A stretch of DNA of 64,000 nt from an uncultured virus (IMG/VR IMGVR_UViG_3300025150_000005) (taxonomy: Duplodnaviria > Heunggongvirae > Uroviricota > Caudoviricetes). Positions within the stretch are counted from its first letter, which is position 1; each line of letters begins with the position of its first letter. A model generated the notes under the pieces. The model had not been told where the DNA came from, made no database searches, and worked only from the letters and a program-made list of their open reading frames with translations. This document shows positions 1-10,295 of this stretch, one piece after another. The stretch is from the IMG/VR virus record IMGVR_UViG_3300025150_000005. One strand, given 5' to 3'. A program made the position numbers and the translations under genes.

Positions 1-83
1 GACCTGATGGGGATCATGGGGTTCGAGTTCCACGCCGAGGCGCACCCAGCGCTCCCCATCACGAAGACAGGCGTGATCCACCT

Positions 84-941
84 GTGGGCGAGACGCACGT
101 GACCGCCGGTCCCTTCATCAAGTGGGCGGGCGGCAAGGCGAAGCTCGCGGCCCAGATCGCGGCGCTGATGCCCGAGACCAGTGGCGTGTACATCGAACCC
201 CTCCTCGGTGGGGGTGCAGTATTCTGGCATCTCGTCGCCACGCGGCGTTGGTTCATAGGCCACGCCCTCAGCGACGCTGACTGGGAGCTGGTCAACCTGT
301 ACCACTGGGTCTCTGCGGATCCGAACGGCCTCGCGCGGGCGGCCTGTGCGTGGCCTGACGACGCAGACACGTACAGCGAGGTCCGCGCTGCGCGACCCGA
401 CGTCGCGTCACTCGAAGCGGCTGCACAGATGCTCTACCTGAACCACCGCTGTTTCAACGGCCTCTACCGCGTCAACAAAGGCGACGGTTTCAACGTCCCG
501 CGCGGGAAGTACAAGCACACCCGCCTCGACAACGCTGACCGCCTGGAGGCAGACCTCGAAGCCTGCGCAACGGTACTTCAGCGCGATGGTGTGCGGGTCC
601 GCCACTGGGACTACGAGGACGCCATCCACCGAGCTGGGCCCCGGGACGTCGTCTACGCTGACCCGCCCTACGTACCCGTCAACCAGACGTCCAACTTCGT
701 GAGCTACACAGCGGGTGGGTTCGGACTGGACGCCCAGACGACCCTCGCGAACGCACTCGCATCAGCCTGCAACCGCGGCGCCTTCGTCATCGCCGGCAAC
801 GCCGACGTGCCCCTGGCCGTGTCCCTGTATGAGGATCGCGGGTTCGAGATCCACCGCGTCGAGGTTCGCAGGAACATCAACTCCAAGAAGAGCGGGCGGG
901 GTCCAGTCGGCGAGATCCTGGCAGTCGGGTGTCCACGATGA
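84..941 (+). CDS. dam: Dam-family (D12 class) DNA adenine methyltransferase
   Basis: Motifs FIKWAGGK, YIEPLLGGGAVF, YLNHRCFNGLYRVN..FNVP and catalytic DPPY. True start may be GTG at 99. Confidence 0.9.
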   Translation: MGETHVTAGPFIKWAGGKAKLAAQIAALMPETSGVYIEPLLGGGAVFWHLVATRRWFIGHALSDADWELVNLYHWVSADPNGLARAACAWPDDADTYSEVRAARPDVASLEAAAQMLYLNHRCFNGLYRVNKGDGFNVPRGKYKHTRLDNADRLEADLEACATVLQRDGVRVRHWDYEDAIHRAGPRDVVYADPPYVPVNQTSNFVSYTAGGFGLDAQTTLANALASACNRGAFVIAGNADVPLAVSLYEDRGFEIHRVEVRRNINSKKSGRGPVGEILAVGCPR

Positions 942-1194
942 AGAGGGTCCGGCGCAAGGTTCGACGGCGAGGTTCACCAACAGTTAACTGCCCCCCGACG
1001 ATCGGGGCCGCGCGTCGTCGAGACGGGACAACGACACTCCTCCCGCAAGGGTGTGTCTGCATGGGTATCGTACCTCCGTGCAGAGCCTGTCTCACCACCC
1101 ACGCCGAATCCGGGCCGACGACTGCTCAGCCCTCGGTAATGTCCCACGTGCTCGCGTGGCTGCGAGTCCGGTCATGGATGCAGGTCCCCTACCA

Positions 1195-2046
1195 ATGAGC
1201 AACGCGCGAACGTCCCTCGAAGACGGTCTTCTCCTCGTCGCAGACGTGGAGACGACCGGACTGGATCCGACAACTGATCGTGTGGTCTCTGTTGGGCTCG
1301 CGTACTTCCTCGGCGGGGCCTACACCCGACGACGGTACGAGTGCGTCATCAACCCAGGCGAGGCCGCCATCGCAGCGGGTGAGGCCAACGGTGCAGCCGC
1401 TGTGCACCAGCTGAGCGCAGACACGCTCCGCGTGGCTCAGCCGTTCGCAGAGATTGCGCCCGCCATCCGCGACCACATCCTCGGGCTCCACAGCAAAGAC
1501 AACCCGCCGCCCTTCATCGGCGTGCCGCGCGTCCTCGTGGGCTACAACAGCGACTACGACGTCGCGATGCTCAGCGCGGAGTTCGCTCGCGCCGGCTTGT
1601 GCAACCCTCTCCTGGAGATGCCCTTCGTCGATCCCCGCTGGTTCCTCTGGCACCGTGACCCGACGTCGAGCACCAAGCTCGGGACCGTCTGCCAGACCTA
1701 CGGGATCCCCCTGGCCGCGCACAACGCCAGCGACGACGCGCGCGCGACCGGGGTCCTTCTCTGCACGTTGGTGCGCACAGGGATCATCCCAACGAATTTG
1801 CGAGAGGCCCTCGTCCTCCAACAGATCTACAAGGCCCAGCACACGCACTCGCGTGACCTGTTCGCAGGGTGGGCCATCTTCGATGCAGCAGGTGCCCTCC
1901 AGCTCCTGAAGGGGCCCAAGCCCGGCGCGCTCGTCGCAGATCTGGATACGTGGGGGATCCGTGCAGTGCAGGGCGCGCCGGGCATCCCACCCCTGCTGGC
2001 GGAAGTGCTACAAGCTGAGCTGCAACGACGAGGAGACGCCCCGTGA
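1195..2046 (+). CDS. DEDDh 3'-5' exonuclease (DnaQ/epsilon-like)
   Basis: ExoI DVETTG, ExoII GYNSDYD and ExoIII HNASDDA motifs. Start reassigned to ATG 1195. Confidence 0.85.
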   Translation: MSNARTSLEDGLLLVADVETTGLDPTTDRVVSVGLAYFLGGAYTRRRYECVINPGEAAIAAGEANGAAAVHQLSADTLRVAQPFAEIAPAIRDHILGLHSKDNPPPFIGVPRVLVGYNSDYDVAMLSAEFARAGLCNPLLEMPFVDPRWFLWHRDPTSSTKLGTVCQTYGIPLAAHNASDDARATGVLLCTLVRTGIIPTNLREALVLQQIYKAQHTHSRDLFAGWAIFDAAGALQLLKGPKPGALVADLDTWGIRAVQGAPGIPPLLAEVLQAELQRRGDAP

Positions 2047-2456
2047 CGCGCAGGAAGCCGAAGCGTAGTGAAGAGGTCATCATCGAAGCCGAGTTCGTCG
2101 AGGGTGATGACCCAGTCGACGCTGGCGACGACGATGAGACTGCCAGCGTGGACTTCACCATCGAAGCAGACGGGGATCTGGTCGACATCGTCGACCAGAT
2201 CGCCCCCTTCCCTATCGACGTGATCTGCTGGACCCCGATTTGCGCACGCCTCCCGACGACCGACGGCTACGTCATCGTCCTCCCCACACTAGAACCCGGA
2301 ATCTGCGTCGGGGTCGTGCTCGACCTCGACGAGATCGTGCGCGAGATCGCCCCCCAGCTCGGCCAGACTGTCGCAGGGGCGAAGCTGAACCAAGTGGGTG
2401 AGAACGCCGTGCGCGCGATCCTCGCGCGCCTCCTGCCCGGGGTTCACAAGCTGTGA
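2043..2456 (+). CDS. hypothetical acidic protein
   Basis: GTGA overlap with the upstream gene; coding-like codon usage. Confidence 0.6.
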   Translation: MTRRKPKRSEEVIIEAEFVEGDDPVDAGDDDETASVDFTIEADGDLVDIVDQIAPFPIDVICWTPICARLPTTDGYVIVLPTLEPGICVGVVLDLDEIVREIAPQLGQTVAGAKLNQVGENAVRAILARLLPGVHKL

Positions 2457-2791
2457 GCACTTCAAATCAGGTCGTGGTGTTCGTTCTCCTGGGCTACATC
2501 GCGGGCCAGACCTGGGCCACACACCGCCAACTTGACGCGGTACAGGACAAGATCCTGGCGACGGAGACGACCCGCGCCGAGGTCGTCTGGCGTAGCGAAG
2601 CCGCGCTCGGCGCGAGCCGGGAAGCGACCGACACAGCCCTCGCCCTGATGGCCACCATGCGCGCTGGACAACAGGAAGCAGCGATCCGCGACTACGTCAT
2701 GGCTGGGTGGCTGAGCGAGATCAACGCCCAGTGCTGGTTCATGCCCGAATCAGTGCGCGACCTGGGCGTGGTCGCACTTCCCAGACAGTGA
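2453..2791 (+). CDS. hypothetical protein with N-terminal hydrophobic segment
   Basis: GTGA overlap; segment VVVFVLLGYIAG. Confidence 0.55.
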   Translation: MSTSNQVVVFVLLGYIAGQTWATHRQLDAVQDKILATETTRAEVVWRSEAALGASREATDTALALMATMRAGQQEAAIRDYVMAGWLSEINAQCWFMPESVRDLGVVALPRQ

Positions 2792-2797
2792 AAGCGC

Positions 2798-3148
2798 TTG
2801 ACGATCATGCCCACGCGAGTACATAACATCCACCACCACGGCATACCGGCCAACGGTGTCTACATCGGACGCGCAGGGCACGGTCAAGACGGGTACTTCG
2901 GTAACCCGATCACCATCGGACAGGTGTGCCGTGTTTGCGGTCACGTGCATCGTCGGGGCGGCCAGACTTTGCCATGCTTCGAGCGCTACGCCCGCGAACG
3001 CCTCCAGGTCGACCCGATCTACCGTGCGCGTATCGCAGGGCTCGCAGGTCGCGACCTCTACTGCTTCTGCGCCCCCAAGCCCTGTCACGGACACACCCTG
3101 GCCCAGCTCGCGGAGGAGCTGTGCCCAACGTCGAAGGACCCTGCGTGA
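2798..3148 (+). CDS. DUF4326-like phage protein
   Basis: VYIGR...FGNP and LAGRDLYCFCAPKPCHGHTL motifs. Confidence 0.8.
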   Translation: MTIMPTRVHNIHHHGIPANGVYIGRAGHGQDGYFGNPITIGQVCRVCGHVHRRGGQTLPCFERYARERLQVDPIYRARIAGLAGRDLYCFCAPKPCHGHTLAQLAEELCPTSKDPA

Positions 3149-3504
3149 AGACCAACCACCACAGCCCCGCGACCACCGTCCGCGTCCGCTACGCGCGACC
3201 CATCACCCCCGCCGACACGGAGCGCCAACCTGCCCTTGTCCAGGCAGTCCACGGAATCGCGCGACAGCACCTGGAGGACTCCACCGCGATCTTCAGCGAC
3301 ATCGTGGTCTCGGACTGTCTCATCGGCGCGCACCCGATCCTCGGCGGGCTCCTCATCCAGCTGGATCCGCGAGGCCCGAACGGACGCCGCGCCGCCACGG
3401 TCACGTGCGTCTCCATCCGGCAGCTCGAAGATGAGATTCTCCCGGGACTCCAGCACATCCTGGATGCCCTGAAGGTTCGAGCTGAGACCCTCGGGGATGC
3501 CTGA
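3145..3504 (+). CDS. hypothetical protein
   Basis: GTGA overlap at 3145; 3' part of ORF 2926..3504. Confidence 0.5.
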   Translation: MKTNHHSPATTVRVRYARPITPADTERQPALVQAVHGIARQHLEDSTAIFSDIVVSDCLIGAHPILGGLLIQLDPRGPNGRRAATVTCVSIRQLEDEILPGLQHILDALKVRAETLGDA

Positions 3505-3691
3505 GATGATCCGGCTGACAGGCGTGATCCGAACGGGGGCCACCAATGCGCTCCTACTGCGATGCGCATGCGACGTAGCGTGGCGGCATCCAAGCGACCG
3601 ACCCCACATCCGATGCCCGGGCTGCGGGACGGTCACGACAACTGACGACGTGCGGGCACGCTACACAGCGGAGTGGGAGACAGTTTCATGA
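3497..3691 (+). CDS. small Zn-ribbon protein
   Basis: CAC...CPGCG; overlaps both neighbours. Confidence 0.5.
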   Translation: MPEMIRLTGVIRTGATNALLLRCACDVAWRHPSDRPHIRCPGCGTVTTTDDVRARYTAEWETVS

Positions 3692-3993
3692 CGTGGTTCG
3701 ATCCTGACGGCGTCACCGACGTCTACACCGACGCGCCAGCGTCTGATCTCACCGTGACCCTGGACAACCTCGTCGGACGCGAGTCGCGACTACAGGCCGT
3801 CGAAAAGGCACGCAACCTCGCGCGAAACGCGAAGCACCCTGTCGTCCTGTCCCTGAGCTGGTTCGAGTCGGATCCGCGCTTCAGCGGCGAGATCGACGAC
3901 CCCGCTGAGCGCACAGTCTTCGAGATCTTCCGCTACTCGCCTGACGGGGAGCTGCGCACCTACGACCGCGACGAGGGCAGATCACCCCGCTGA
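3688..3993 (+). CDS. hypothetical protein
   Basis: ATGA overlap; last gene of the + strand operon. Confidence 0.55.
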   Translation: MTWFDPDGVTDVYTDAPASDLTVTLDNLVGRESRLQAVEKARNLARNAKHPVVLSLSWFESDPRFSGEIDDPAERTVFEIFRYSPDGELRTYDRDEGRSPR

Positions 3994-4610
3994 AGCTGAT
4001 CGCGCAGTCCGACCACACGCTCGACGTAGTTGAGTCGTGCCCGGGTCCCCTGCGGACGCTGCGGGAGGTGGCGAAGCGGGTTGTGCGCACCCATCTCGTA
4101 GAAGATGTCCTCGAAACGCTGTGCAGCGCGCTCCGCGCCCTCGTAGAGAGCTGCGACTGCATGTGCCTCTGACAACCCGCGCGCCTGCTGCACGGCCTGC
4201 AGCAGGTCCAGCGACGCCTCGTCGACCCGTCGCTGAACCCGCTCGGCGAACGCCCGTCGCTCAGGCACCGTGTAGAGGTGATGGTTCGGGCGGATTCTCC
4301 GTCGGCTCGCCTCAACCGCAATCGCCTCGGCTTCCTCGATGTCCACGCCCGCATCGCTCACCGCGCGGTAGAACTCCCGTTGGCTCTGCGCACCGCTCTT
4401 TCGGGCAGCCCTCACGGCCCGGCCCGAGATGTTGGCAGGCGCCCCACGCTGGGTCATCAGCGCGTAGAGCGCCGACTCCTCGACAGCAGGTCCCGCAGGC
4501 TGACGTCGTCCGAAGAGGTTGGGTCGTGCAGGCTTGAGGGCGCACTGGAGATCTTCTGCCAGCCGCTGCTGCTCGGCGGGTGTGAAGTAGCGCACGCGGT
4601 TGTGACTCAT
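3960..4610 (-). CDS. hypothetical protein
   Basis: AGGAGG-like SD upstream; helical sequence. Confidence 0.6.
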   Translation of the reverse strand: MSHNRVRYFTPAEQQRLAEDLQCALKPARPNLFGRRQPAGPAVEESALYALMTQRGAPANISGRAVRAARKSGAQSQREFYRAVSDAGVDIEEAEAIAVEASRRRIRPNHHLYTVPERRAFAERVQRRVDEASLDLLQAVQQARGLSEAHAVAALYEGAERAAQRFEDIFYEMGAHNPLRHLPQRPQGTRARLNYVERVVGLRDQLQRGDLPSSRS

Positions 4611-4619
4611 GGCCGCCTC

Positions 4620-6545
4620 CTAGCGCTTGCGTGTGGCGACGAGGAGGACCGCGAGGACGGTCCCTGCTCCCAGCGCGGGGAGCACCCAGTTCGGCGATCC
4701 CTGCGTGGCCTGCACCGCCTGTCGCGCGAGCAAGTCAGCGGTCTCGGCGAGGCGTCGCCGAAGATCGTCCATCTGATCCGGGGGGGCCTGCTCGACGAGG
4801 TCAGCGTCGGCCTCCACGGTCGCGGCCTCGACCACGTCTGCGGCGACCTCGGGAGGGAGATCCTTCAGGGCCGCTCCTGCCCCCTGCGCCGCCTGATCGG
4901 CGCTCAGCTGACCCGACGCGACCAGCGCCAGCAGCTCGTCGATCCGCGCCTCCGCAGCGGCAAGGCGCTGTTCCGCGATGGCCGCCTCGGTGCGCGCCGC
5001 GTCGGACTGCGTCGTGTCCTGCGCCATCGACGCGGTCGCGTCCTTCCCGGCACTGACACGTGATCGGAGACCACCGACGAGCACGTTGAAGGCCGACCAT
5101 GCTGCGGTCTGCGCCGACCGTGCTGGGGTCTGCGCCGTCGGGGCTGGGGTCTGCGCCGTCGGGGCTGGGGTCTGCGCCGTCGGGGCTGGGGTCACCGACG
5201 CGGTCTGCCCCATCAGCCTCCCCCAGACATTCCTGCCGCTCGATGAGGCGGTGGCCGCAGGCGTTGACGGGTTCGCCTGGGCCTGACGCGCCGCCGTGGC
5301 CTGCGATGCCGCCCGACGCGCCGCCGTGGCCTGCGATGCCGCCTGGGCCGTCGCCTGATCGCGGGCCAGCTGTGCCGCCTCGGCGCGCTCGAACTCGACC
5401 GCGTCGATCTGCTCCCTCGTCGTCGGCGCGGTGATCCGCGAGGGCTCGTTCGACGTGGTCGGGAGCATGCGCAGCATCTCAGCTGCCTCGTCGGCGCCCT
5501 CTCCACTCAACACCAGCCCACGCCCCAGCTGCGTGTGCAGCGCGGCCAGCGCGTTCTTCTGGTTGTAGGCAGGCGTCCCCACCTGATTGGGGGATCCGGC
5601 TGCGGGCTGACGCAACTGATCCAACCGTGCCAGAACGTCGGAGAGCTTGTTGCTCTGGCGCCCGCCAGCGATGGGGACGTTGAGCGGCGTCGACTGACGA
5701 CGCCCATGGGAGTCGTAGCTGCCCGCGATGCCCACCGTGACGTTGGGGAAGAGCCACCGCGGGAGCACCGCGGGATAGCGCCACTCGACGTCGGCACCGA
5801 CGCGCCACCCTGCGGGAACCGACGGATCGCCGCTCAGCCCGAAGCGAGCCGCGTTGTCAGCGACCCGCCCGCGCAGCGGGACATCGGCGGAGAAGAAGTT
5901 GTGTCGACGCTGATCGGTGAACCGGATCTGAGGCCCGAACTCACGCCCGATGTTGGTGCCTGCGACGACGTGTACGCGCAGGCGCTTCATCGTGGTGGTG
6001 TCGGCGACGCCCGTCCCAGGAAGGTGCAGCGCACGCTGGAAGCGGTAGAGCGCCGCGACGAGACGGGGGTCACCAGGATCCGCGAGCGCGCCACGCGTCC
6101 ACCAGACGTCTCGGATGGCCTGGATCCGATTGCGTCGCGACGCGGCACGCATCGTCGCGGGCCCCATGCCGGGCAGGTCGCCCGTGACCTGGATGCGCGT
6201 CCCCGAGGCGTTGGGGACGGCGTACGCGACCGTCCCGCCGAGCCCCTGCAGCGGCTCCCCGCTGGACGCGTCCTGCATCACCAGCGGAACGATGGGTGCC
6301 GTCTGGATCTGTGTCGGCCGCTGCCAAATGGGCGTCGGTGCGTCGACGCGCGCCTCCGGGACCACAGGTCGCGCGGTGTCGATGACGGGCGGCCACGAAT
6401 CGACGTTCCACTCCGTGTCAACGACCGCGTTGCCCCCCTCACCCGGCATGAAGATCCGAGTCCCCGCCATGAACGCGGGCGCAGGGCCCTCAGCGTCGAT
6501 CTGAGCAGACCGTGCATTCTCGCTGACGTCGAACCTCGTGGCCAT
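4620..6545 (-). CDS. putative virion/membrane protein with a PG-binding-like segment and C-terminal TM anchor
   Basis: ALYRFQRALHLPGTGVADTTT resembles a PG_binding_1 helix pair; Ala/Gln/Thr repeats; ends WVLPALGAGTVLAVLLVATRKR. Confidence 0.65.
   Translation of the reverse strand: MATRFDVSENARSAQIDAEGPAPAFMAGTRIFMPGEGGNAVVDTEWNVDSWPPVIDTARPVVPEARVDAPTPIWQRPTQIQTAPIVPLVMQDASSGEPLQGLGGTVAYAVPNASGTRIQVTGDLPGMGPATMRAASRRNRIQAIRDVWWTRGALADPGDPRLVAALYRFQRALHLPGTGVADTTTMKRLRVHVVAGTNIGREFGPQIRFTDQRRHNFFSADVPLRGRVADNAARFGLSGDPSVPAGWRVGADVEWRYPAVLPRWLFPNVTVGIAGSYDSHGRRQSTPLNVPIAGGRQSNKLSDVLARLDQLRQPAAGSPNQVGTPAYNQKNALAALHTQLGRGLVLSGEGADEAAEMLRMLPTTSNEPSRITAPTTREQIDAVEFERAEAAQLARDQATAQAASQATAARRAASQATAARQAQANPSTPAATASSSGRNVWGRLMGQTASVTPAPTAQTPAPTAQTPAPTAQTPARSAQTAAWSAFNVLVGGLRSRVSAGKDATASMAQDTTQSDAARTEAAIAEQRLAAAEARIDELLALVASGQLSADQAAQGAGAALKDLPPEVAADVVEAATVEADADLVEQAPPDQMDDLRRRLAETADLLARQAVQATQGSPNWVLPALGAGTVLAVLLVATRKR
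5122..5193. repeat. 21-bp tandem repeat (~3.4 copies) encoding APTAQTP
   Basis: Unit gctggggtctgcgccgtcggg. A 30-bp duplication also lies at about 5285-5343. Confidence 0.9.
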
Positions 6546-7191
6546 TGAAAGCGCCTCCTCGTGCGGATACTCTACCGATCACGACTTTCGAGTGCTACAC
6601 CAATCCAGAATGCGACGCAACGGCCTCCGAAATCAGATCCTCGCAGCGGACCCGGGTCTGCGCGTCAGGGACATCCTCCACCCCGAGATCGCCCAGCGGC
6701 TACCGTCCGCGATCGCCGCAGTGTTCATGCCGATGCGGGTCGTGTGGGCCAACAATCGCAGCTGGGGTCTGAGCTTCCGCCTGGGCGATCCGACCGTGAC
6801 CGTCGGACACCGCCGAGGTGACCACGTCGCGGGGCTCCCCGAAGCTCACGGGTACAGCCCACAGGCCGCCGCGGAGTTCCTCCGCAAGGAGGTCGAGGGG
6901 ACGCTGCTTCACGAACTGGGCCACGCCGTAGTCGACGCGGCACCGCGTGACGCGGTCGAGGCCGCAGCATCCGTGACGCGGGGCGTGCAGCCGCCCAGCA
7001 CCTACGAGGGGCATGACGTCGCCGCGATGTCGCCATTCGACCTGTTCCACGAGCGGATGGCCGAGGCGATTCGCTGGTGGCTGCAGTGCCCCTGGCTCAT
7101 CGAGCAGCGGTGGTCCGAGTGGGGGGGAGCTGCTCGGGTGCTGGTCCGCGAGGCGGGAAAAAGGTTGAACGACCGTGCGGTGCGAACGTAG
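6538..7191 (+). CDS. putative zincin metallopeptidase
   Basis: LLHELGHAV (HExxH) plus downstream ERMAE. Start uncertain, probably ATG 6610. Confidence 0.6.
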   Translation: MAIESASSCGYSTDHDFRVLHQSRMRRNGLRNQILAADPGLRVRDILHPEIAQRLPSAIAAVFMPMRVVWANNRSWGLSFRLGDPTVTVGHRRGDHVAGLPEAHGYSPQAAAEFLRKEVEGTLLHELGHAVVDAAPRDAVEAAASVTRGVQPPSTYEGHDVAAMSPFDLFHERMAEAIRWWLQCPWLIEQRWSEWGGAARVLVREAGKRLNDRAVRT

Positions 7192-7203
7192 AATGGCGGC
7201 CTG

Positions 7204-7380
7204 ATGATAGGCCAACGACCACCGATCATGACGGCGCGAGAGAAGCTCCAACGCTGTCTCGGGTGCCCCCAGCTACTGCGCTACGCGATTCCGGGATCTG
7301 AGCGTTGCAACCTGTGTGGGTGCTTCGTGCGCGCGAAGGTGATCACGCCGGGGCAGTCGTGCCCTCAAGGACTCTGGTAG
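7204..7380 (+). CDS. small Cys-rich protein (DUF6171-like), absent from the ORF track
   Basis: Own translation: MIGQRPPIMTAREKLQRCLGCPQ...RCNLCGCFVRAKVITPGQSCPQGLW*. Confidence 0.65.
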   Translation: MIGQRPPIMTAREKLQRCLGCPQLLRYAIPGSERCNLCGCFVRAKVITPGQSCPQGLW

Positions 7381-7997
7381 GCGCGCAGATCACAGGCGTA
7401 CTCGTAAAGGGCACACTCGTCGGGATGGGCCGCGATGTACGACTCTCGCAGATCGCGGAGACCGTCGTAGCTGGCCTGTCGACGAAAGGCGCGGGTATCC
7501 AGGAGCCGAGGAATCGAGGTCGTACGTGGCAGGCCAATCCAACGTGCTAGGCGCCGCGCGTCGTGCGTGAAATACGGCATTAGACTGACAAATGCGAACT
7601 GCCGCAGCGCCTCCGGGTAATCAGATCGACATCCGGGCAAGAAAGCGAACCAGTCCAGCAGGTTCGCCTGAAGGAACGCTGCGAGTGTCTCTGGGCGCGT
7701 ATGCGTCTGACCGTGAATCGTAAGGTCGACTCCAGTAGCAGACTGCCAATACGCGTAGAAACTCAATGCCTGCTCAAACGGGTCACGGAGAAATACCACC
7801 ATCTGAACATCGGGTAGTGTGCAACCCGTAAAGCTCTCGACAGTGAATCCGAGCGTACTGTCGAAGTGTTCACTGTAGCATTGCCCATCCTCGTTCAGAC
7901 GAGGCCACCGCGCGCGCAAGATCGATCGGACAGTCGTCCCGCCTGTTTTGGGGATGTGGATGTGAACGACTGGTCGAGTCGGATCTAAGCTCCGCAA
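7365..7997 (-). CDS. sulfotransferase family 2 protein
   Basis: PAPS-binding HIHIPKTGGTT and FLRDPFEQALSFY motifs. Confidence 0.8.
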   Translation of the reverse strand: MRSLDPTRPVVHIHIPKTGGTTVRSILRARWPRLNEDGQCYSEHFDSTLGFTVESFTGCTLPDVQMVVFLRDPFEQALSFYAYWQSATGVDLTIHGQTHTRPETLAAFLQANLLDWFAFLPGCRSDYPEALRQFAFVSLMPYFTHDARRLARWIGLPRTTSIPRLLDTRAFRRQASYDGLRDLRESYIAAHPDECALYEYACDLRAYQSP

Positions 7998-8000
7998 CGA

Positions 8001-9116
8001 CTACTCCATCGAGCGGACAAGCTGCGACAGGGTCGCGCCGACAGTCGACCAGGAGAGGCGCGACCGGATCGCGTCCGTCGAGCCCTGTGTGCGCGTCGGA
8101 CGTAGTGCAGCGGCCCTGCGCATCTGCGCGATCAGCGACTCCTCACGCGGTGCAGCCCACATCAGCTGCTCACGGAAGCTCTGGAAGTAGGGCACGTTCC
8201 CGCCCAGCGTCCCGACAGGCGCGAGGTCGAAAGCAACTGGCAGATCTCCCACGTCACCGCCCAGCATCTCAGTCGGCGCTGACCACTGCGTGTAGATCAC
8301 CGGGCGGCCCAGCGCGGCGGCTTGATGCAGCCCGTACCCCCACCCCTCACCGCGGTGCGCCGAGACGTAGCAGTGCCCCACTTCGGCGTGGAACCAGCGG
8401 ACTTGCTCGTCACTCCACGTGTCCGTGTAGATCCACACGTCGCCGTGCTTGGGGTCCAGTCGACCCGTGTCCCCGCAGATGTCCGTGACAAGCGCTTCAA
8501 TCAAGCTCCGCGCACCGTAGTTCGTCGTCAGCTTGAGCGCTAGCGCCGTCCGCCCGTCGTTCACGAAACCTCGAAGGTACGCTGCGAGGACACCCATGGG
8601 GTTCTTGCGCTCGTTCCAGGTCCCGACGTAGTAGAAGACGTAGGGGCCGTCGTCGGGCTTGCTGACTGGGACATTGTCCCACCAGTAGTCACCAAGAGGG
8701 TGCGGTACCACGTGAACAGGCACCTTCAACCCCATCGTACGATAGATGTCGGCCTGCCACGTCGTCGGACAGATGATCCCGTCAAGCGTGTTGAGCTGCG
8801 CCATCAGCCACGACGGAACCGGATCGGTCTCCGTGACTGTGAGACCGAGGTTGATCTTTTCGCCTGTGCGCATCAGCGGCGCTGTCAAGTTGTCCGGTGT
8901 GTGGTGTGCCACATTGACGTGACGCAGCGTCGGGGACGCGTCTGCGACGCGCTGTAGGCGGCGCGCCCAGGTCGGCATCTTCGGCCACCACAGCATGCTC
9001 TGTACGGGCCGCAGATCGACGTCGTGGTGCCCCACCGTGTGCAAGGCGCACAGGTACTGTAGTGCGGCCTGCGTGTAGCCCATCCACGGATCAGAGAAGT
9101 CAGTGGTGTAGATCAC
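8001..9116 (-). CDS. glycosyltransferase, GT-B fold (GT4-like)
   Basis: FYYVGTWNERKN and HRGEGWGYGLHQAAALGRPVI. Confidence 0.85.
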   Translation of the reverse strand: MIYTTDFSDPWMGYTQAALQYLCALHTVGHHDVDLRPVQSMLWWPKMPTWARRLQRVADASPTLRHVNVAHHTPDNLTAPLMRTGEKINLGLTVTETDPVPSWLMAQLNTLDGIICPTTWQADIYRTMGLKVPVHVVPHPLGDYWWDNVPVSKPDDGPYVFYYVGTWNERKNPMGVLAAYLRGFVNDGRTALALKLTTNYGARSLIEALVTDICGDTGRLDPKHGDVWIYTDTWSDEQVRWFHAEVGHCYVSAHRGEGWGYGLHQAAALGRPVIYTQWSAPTEMLGGDVGDLPVAFDLAPVGTLGGNVPYFQSFREQLMWAAPREESLIAQMRRAAALRPTRTQGSTDAIRSRLSWSTVGATLSQLVRSME

Positions 9117-9173
9117 GACGACAGGTCTCCACAGGTCGAGGAAGTGCGAATGTAGGTGCTGCGCACGCCTTTG

Positions 9174-10295
9174 TCAACGTCGCCCGGAGACAGGCAGGAC
9201 GCTACGAGCAACCCGGAAACCGACACTCACGCCTGAGATGGAGGGCGCGAGAGCCCTGCGATCTGCGAAACGTGGTCGCGGCGTCCCCCAACCCCCGCCC
9301 CGGACGACGCGCAGGTCACTTGGCGCGTGTACCACAGGGTCCTGCAAGTGGCCCCCCGGGTACCGATCCTGGTACCCATCGAAGGTCCACTCCGCCACAC
9401 TGCCTAGCATGTCGAAGAGACCCCACACATTGGGATCTAGGGTACCGACGGGCTGCGGCCCACATCCCGCAAAGAGGTTGTGTCCGATCACAGCGCAATC
9501 GTACGCACCGTCGTACGTCGCCTCCGCATTCGCGCTGTGCCAACTCGTCGAGTTGAGCTGATCTACGGGCACTTCACCGTTGTTACCTGCGCGAGCGGCG
9601 TATTCCCACTCGGCCTCTGTGAGCAATCGGTACCCGTCTGCCGACACGTCCCACTGCACATCCTGATCACGAATCTGATACGCCTCTGTCAGACCCTCAG
9701 CTACAGACAGCGCGTTACAGTAGGCCACAGCATCGTACCACGACACGCGCTCCACGGGACACGTCGCACCGCAGCCCACGAAATGCGCAGGCTGGTTGCC
9801 GACAACACCGATCCACATACGCTGTGTCGTCTCGGTCTCGGCGACCCACAGGGCCGAGATCTCAACCCAGGTCAGATCTCCCGACGGCGACAGCTCGTCA
9901 GGCTCGCCCTCCCCAGTCGCGTCGCCCATCCAGTACCCACCTGCGGGCACAAGCCGCAGTGCCGCACGGAGTGGCGTCGCCGAGGCTACGACATCCCCAG
10001 GGTGCACGTGCAGTTGGCCCGCGTCGACTGTTGCGTCGAATGCCACCAACTCGCCATCAACTGCATCCGGCGTGTACACGTCCGCTGTGCTATCGGCGGT
10101 ACCAGTGTCACTGTACACGTCTGCAAAACCCACCGTACCAATGTCCACGACACCCGGCGCCGCGGTCGCGTCAAGTGCCCCCTCGACACGAATCCCAGCG
10201 TCTGCAGCGCCAGCGCGCCCAGTGGATTCGATTGGATCTGGGAAAGGGGTGAGGCACCCCAGGAGAAGCACACCCGCCAGTGCTACGGACCGCAT
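9174..10295 (-). CDS. lipoprotein with FGE-sulfatase (SUMF1/C-type lectin fold) domain
   Basis: Lipobox-like LLLGC; PVERVSWYDA, RLLTEAEWEYAARAG, NVWGLFDMLGSVAEW, RVVRGG, GFRVAR. Confidence 0.85.
   Translation of the reverse strand: MRSVALAGVLLLGCLTPFPDPIESTGRAGAADAGIRVEGALDATAAPGVVDIGTVGFADVYSDTGTADSTADVYTPDAVDGELVAFDATVDAGQLHVHPGDVVASATPLRAALRLVPAGGYWMGDATGEGEPDELSPSGDLTWVEISALWVAETETTQRMWIGVVGNQPAHFVGCGATCPVERVSWYDAVAYCNALSVAEGLTEAYQIRDQDVQWDVSADGYRLLTEAEWEYAARAGNNGEVPVDQLNSTSWHSANAEATYDGAYDCAVIGHNLFAGCGPQPVGTLDPNVWGLFDMLGSVAEWTFDGYQDRYPGGHLQDPVVHAPSDLRVVRGGGWGTPRPRFADRRALAPSISGVSVGFRVARSVLPVSGRR

Noticed and set aside
84..941. Restriction-modification system
   Set aside because: No cognate endonuclease recognisable nearby, so treated as an orphan methylase (sequence upstream of the window is unseen).
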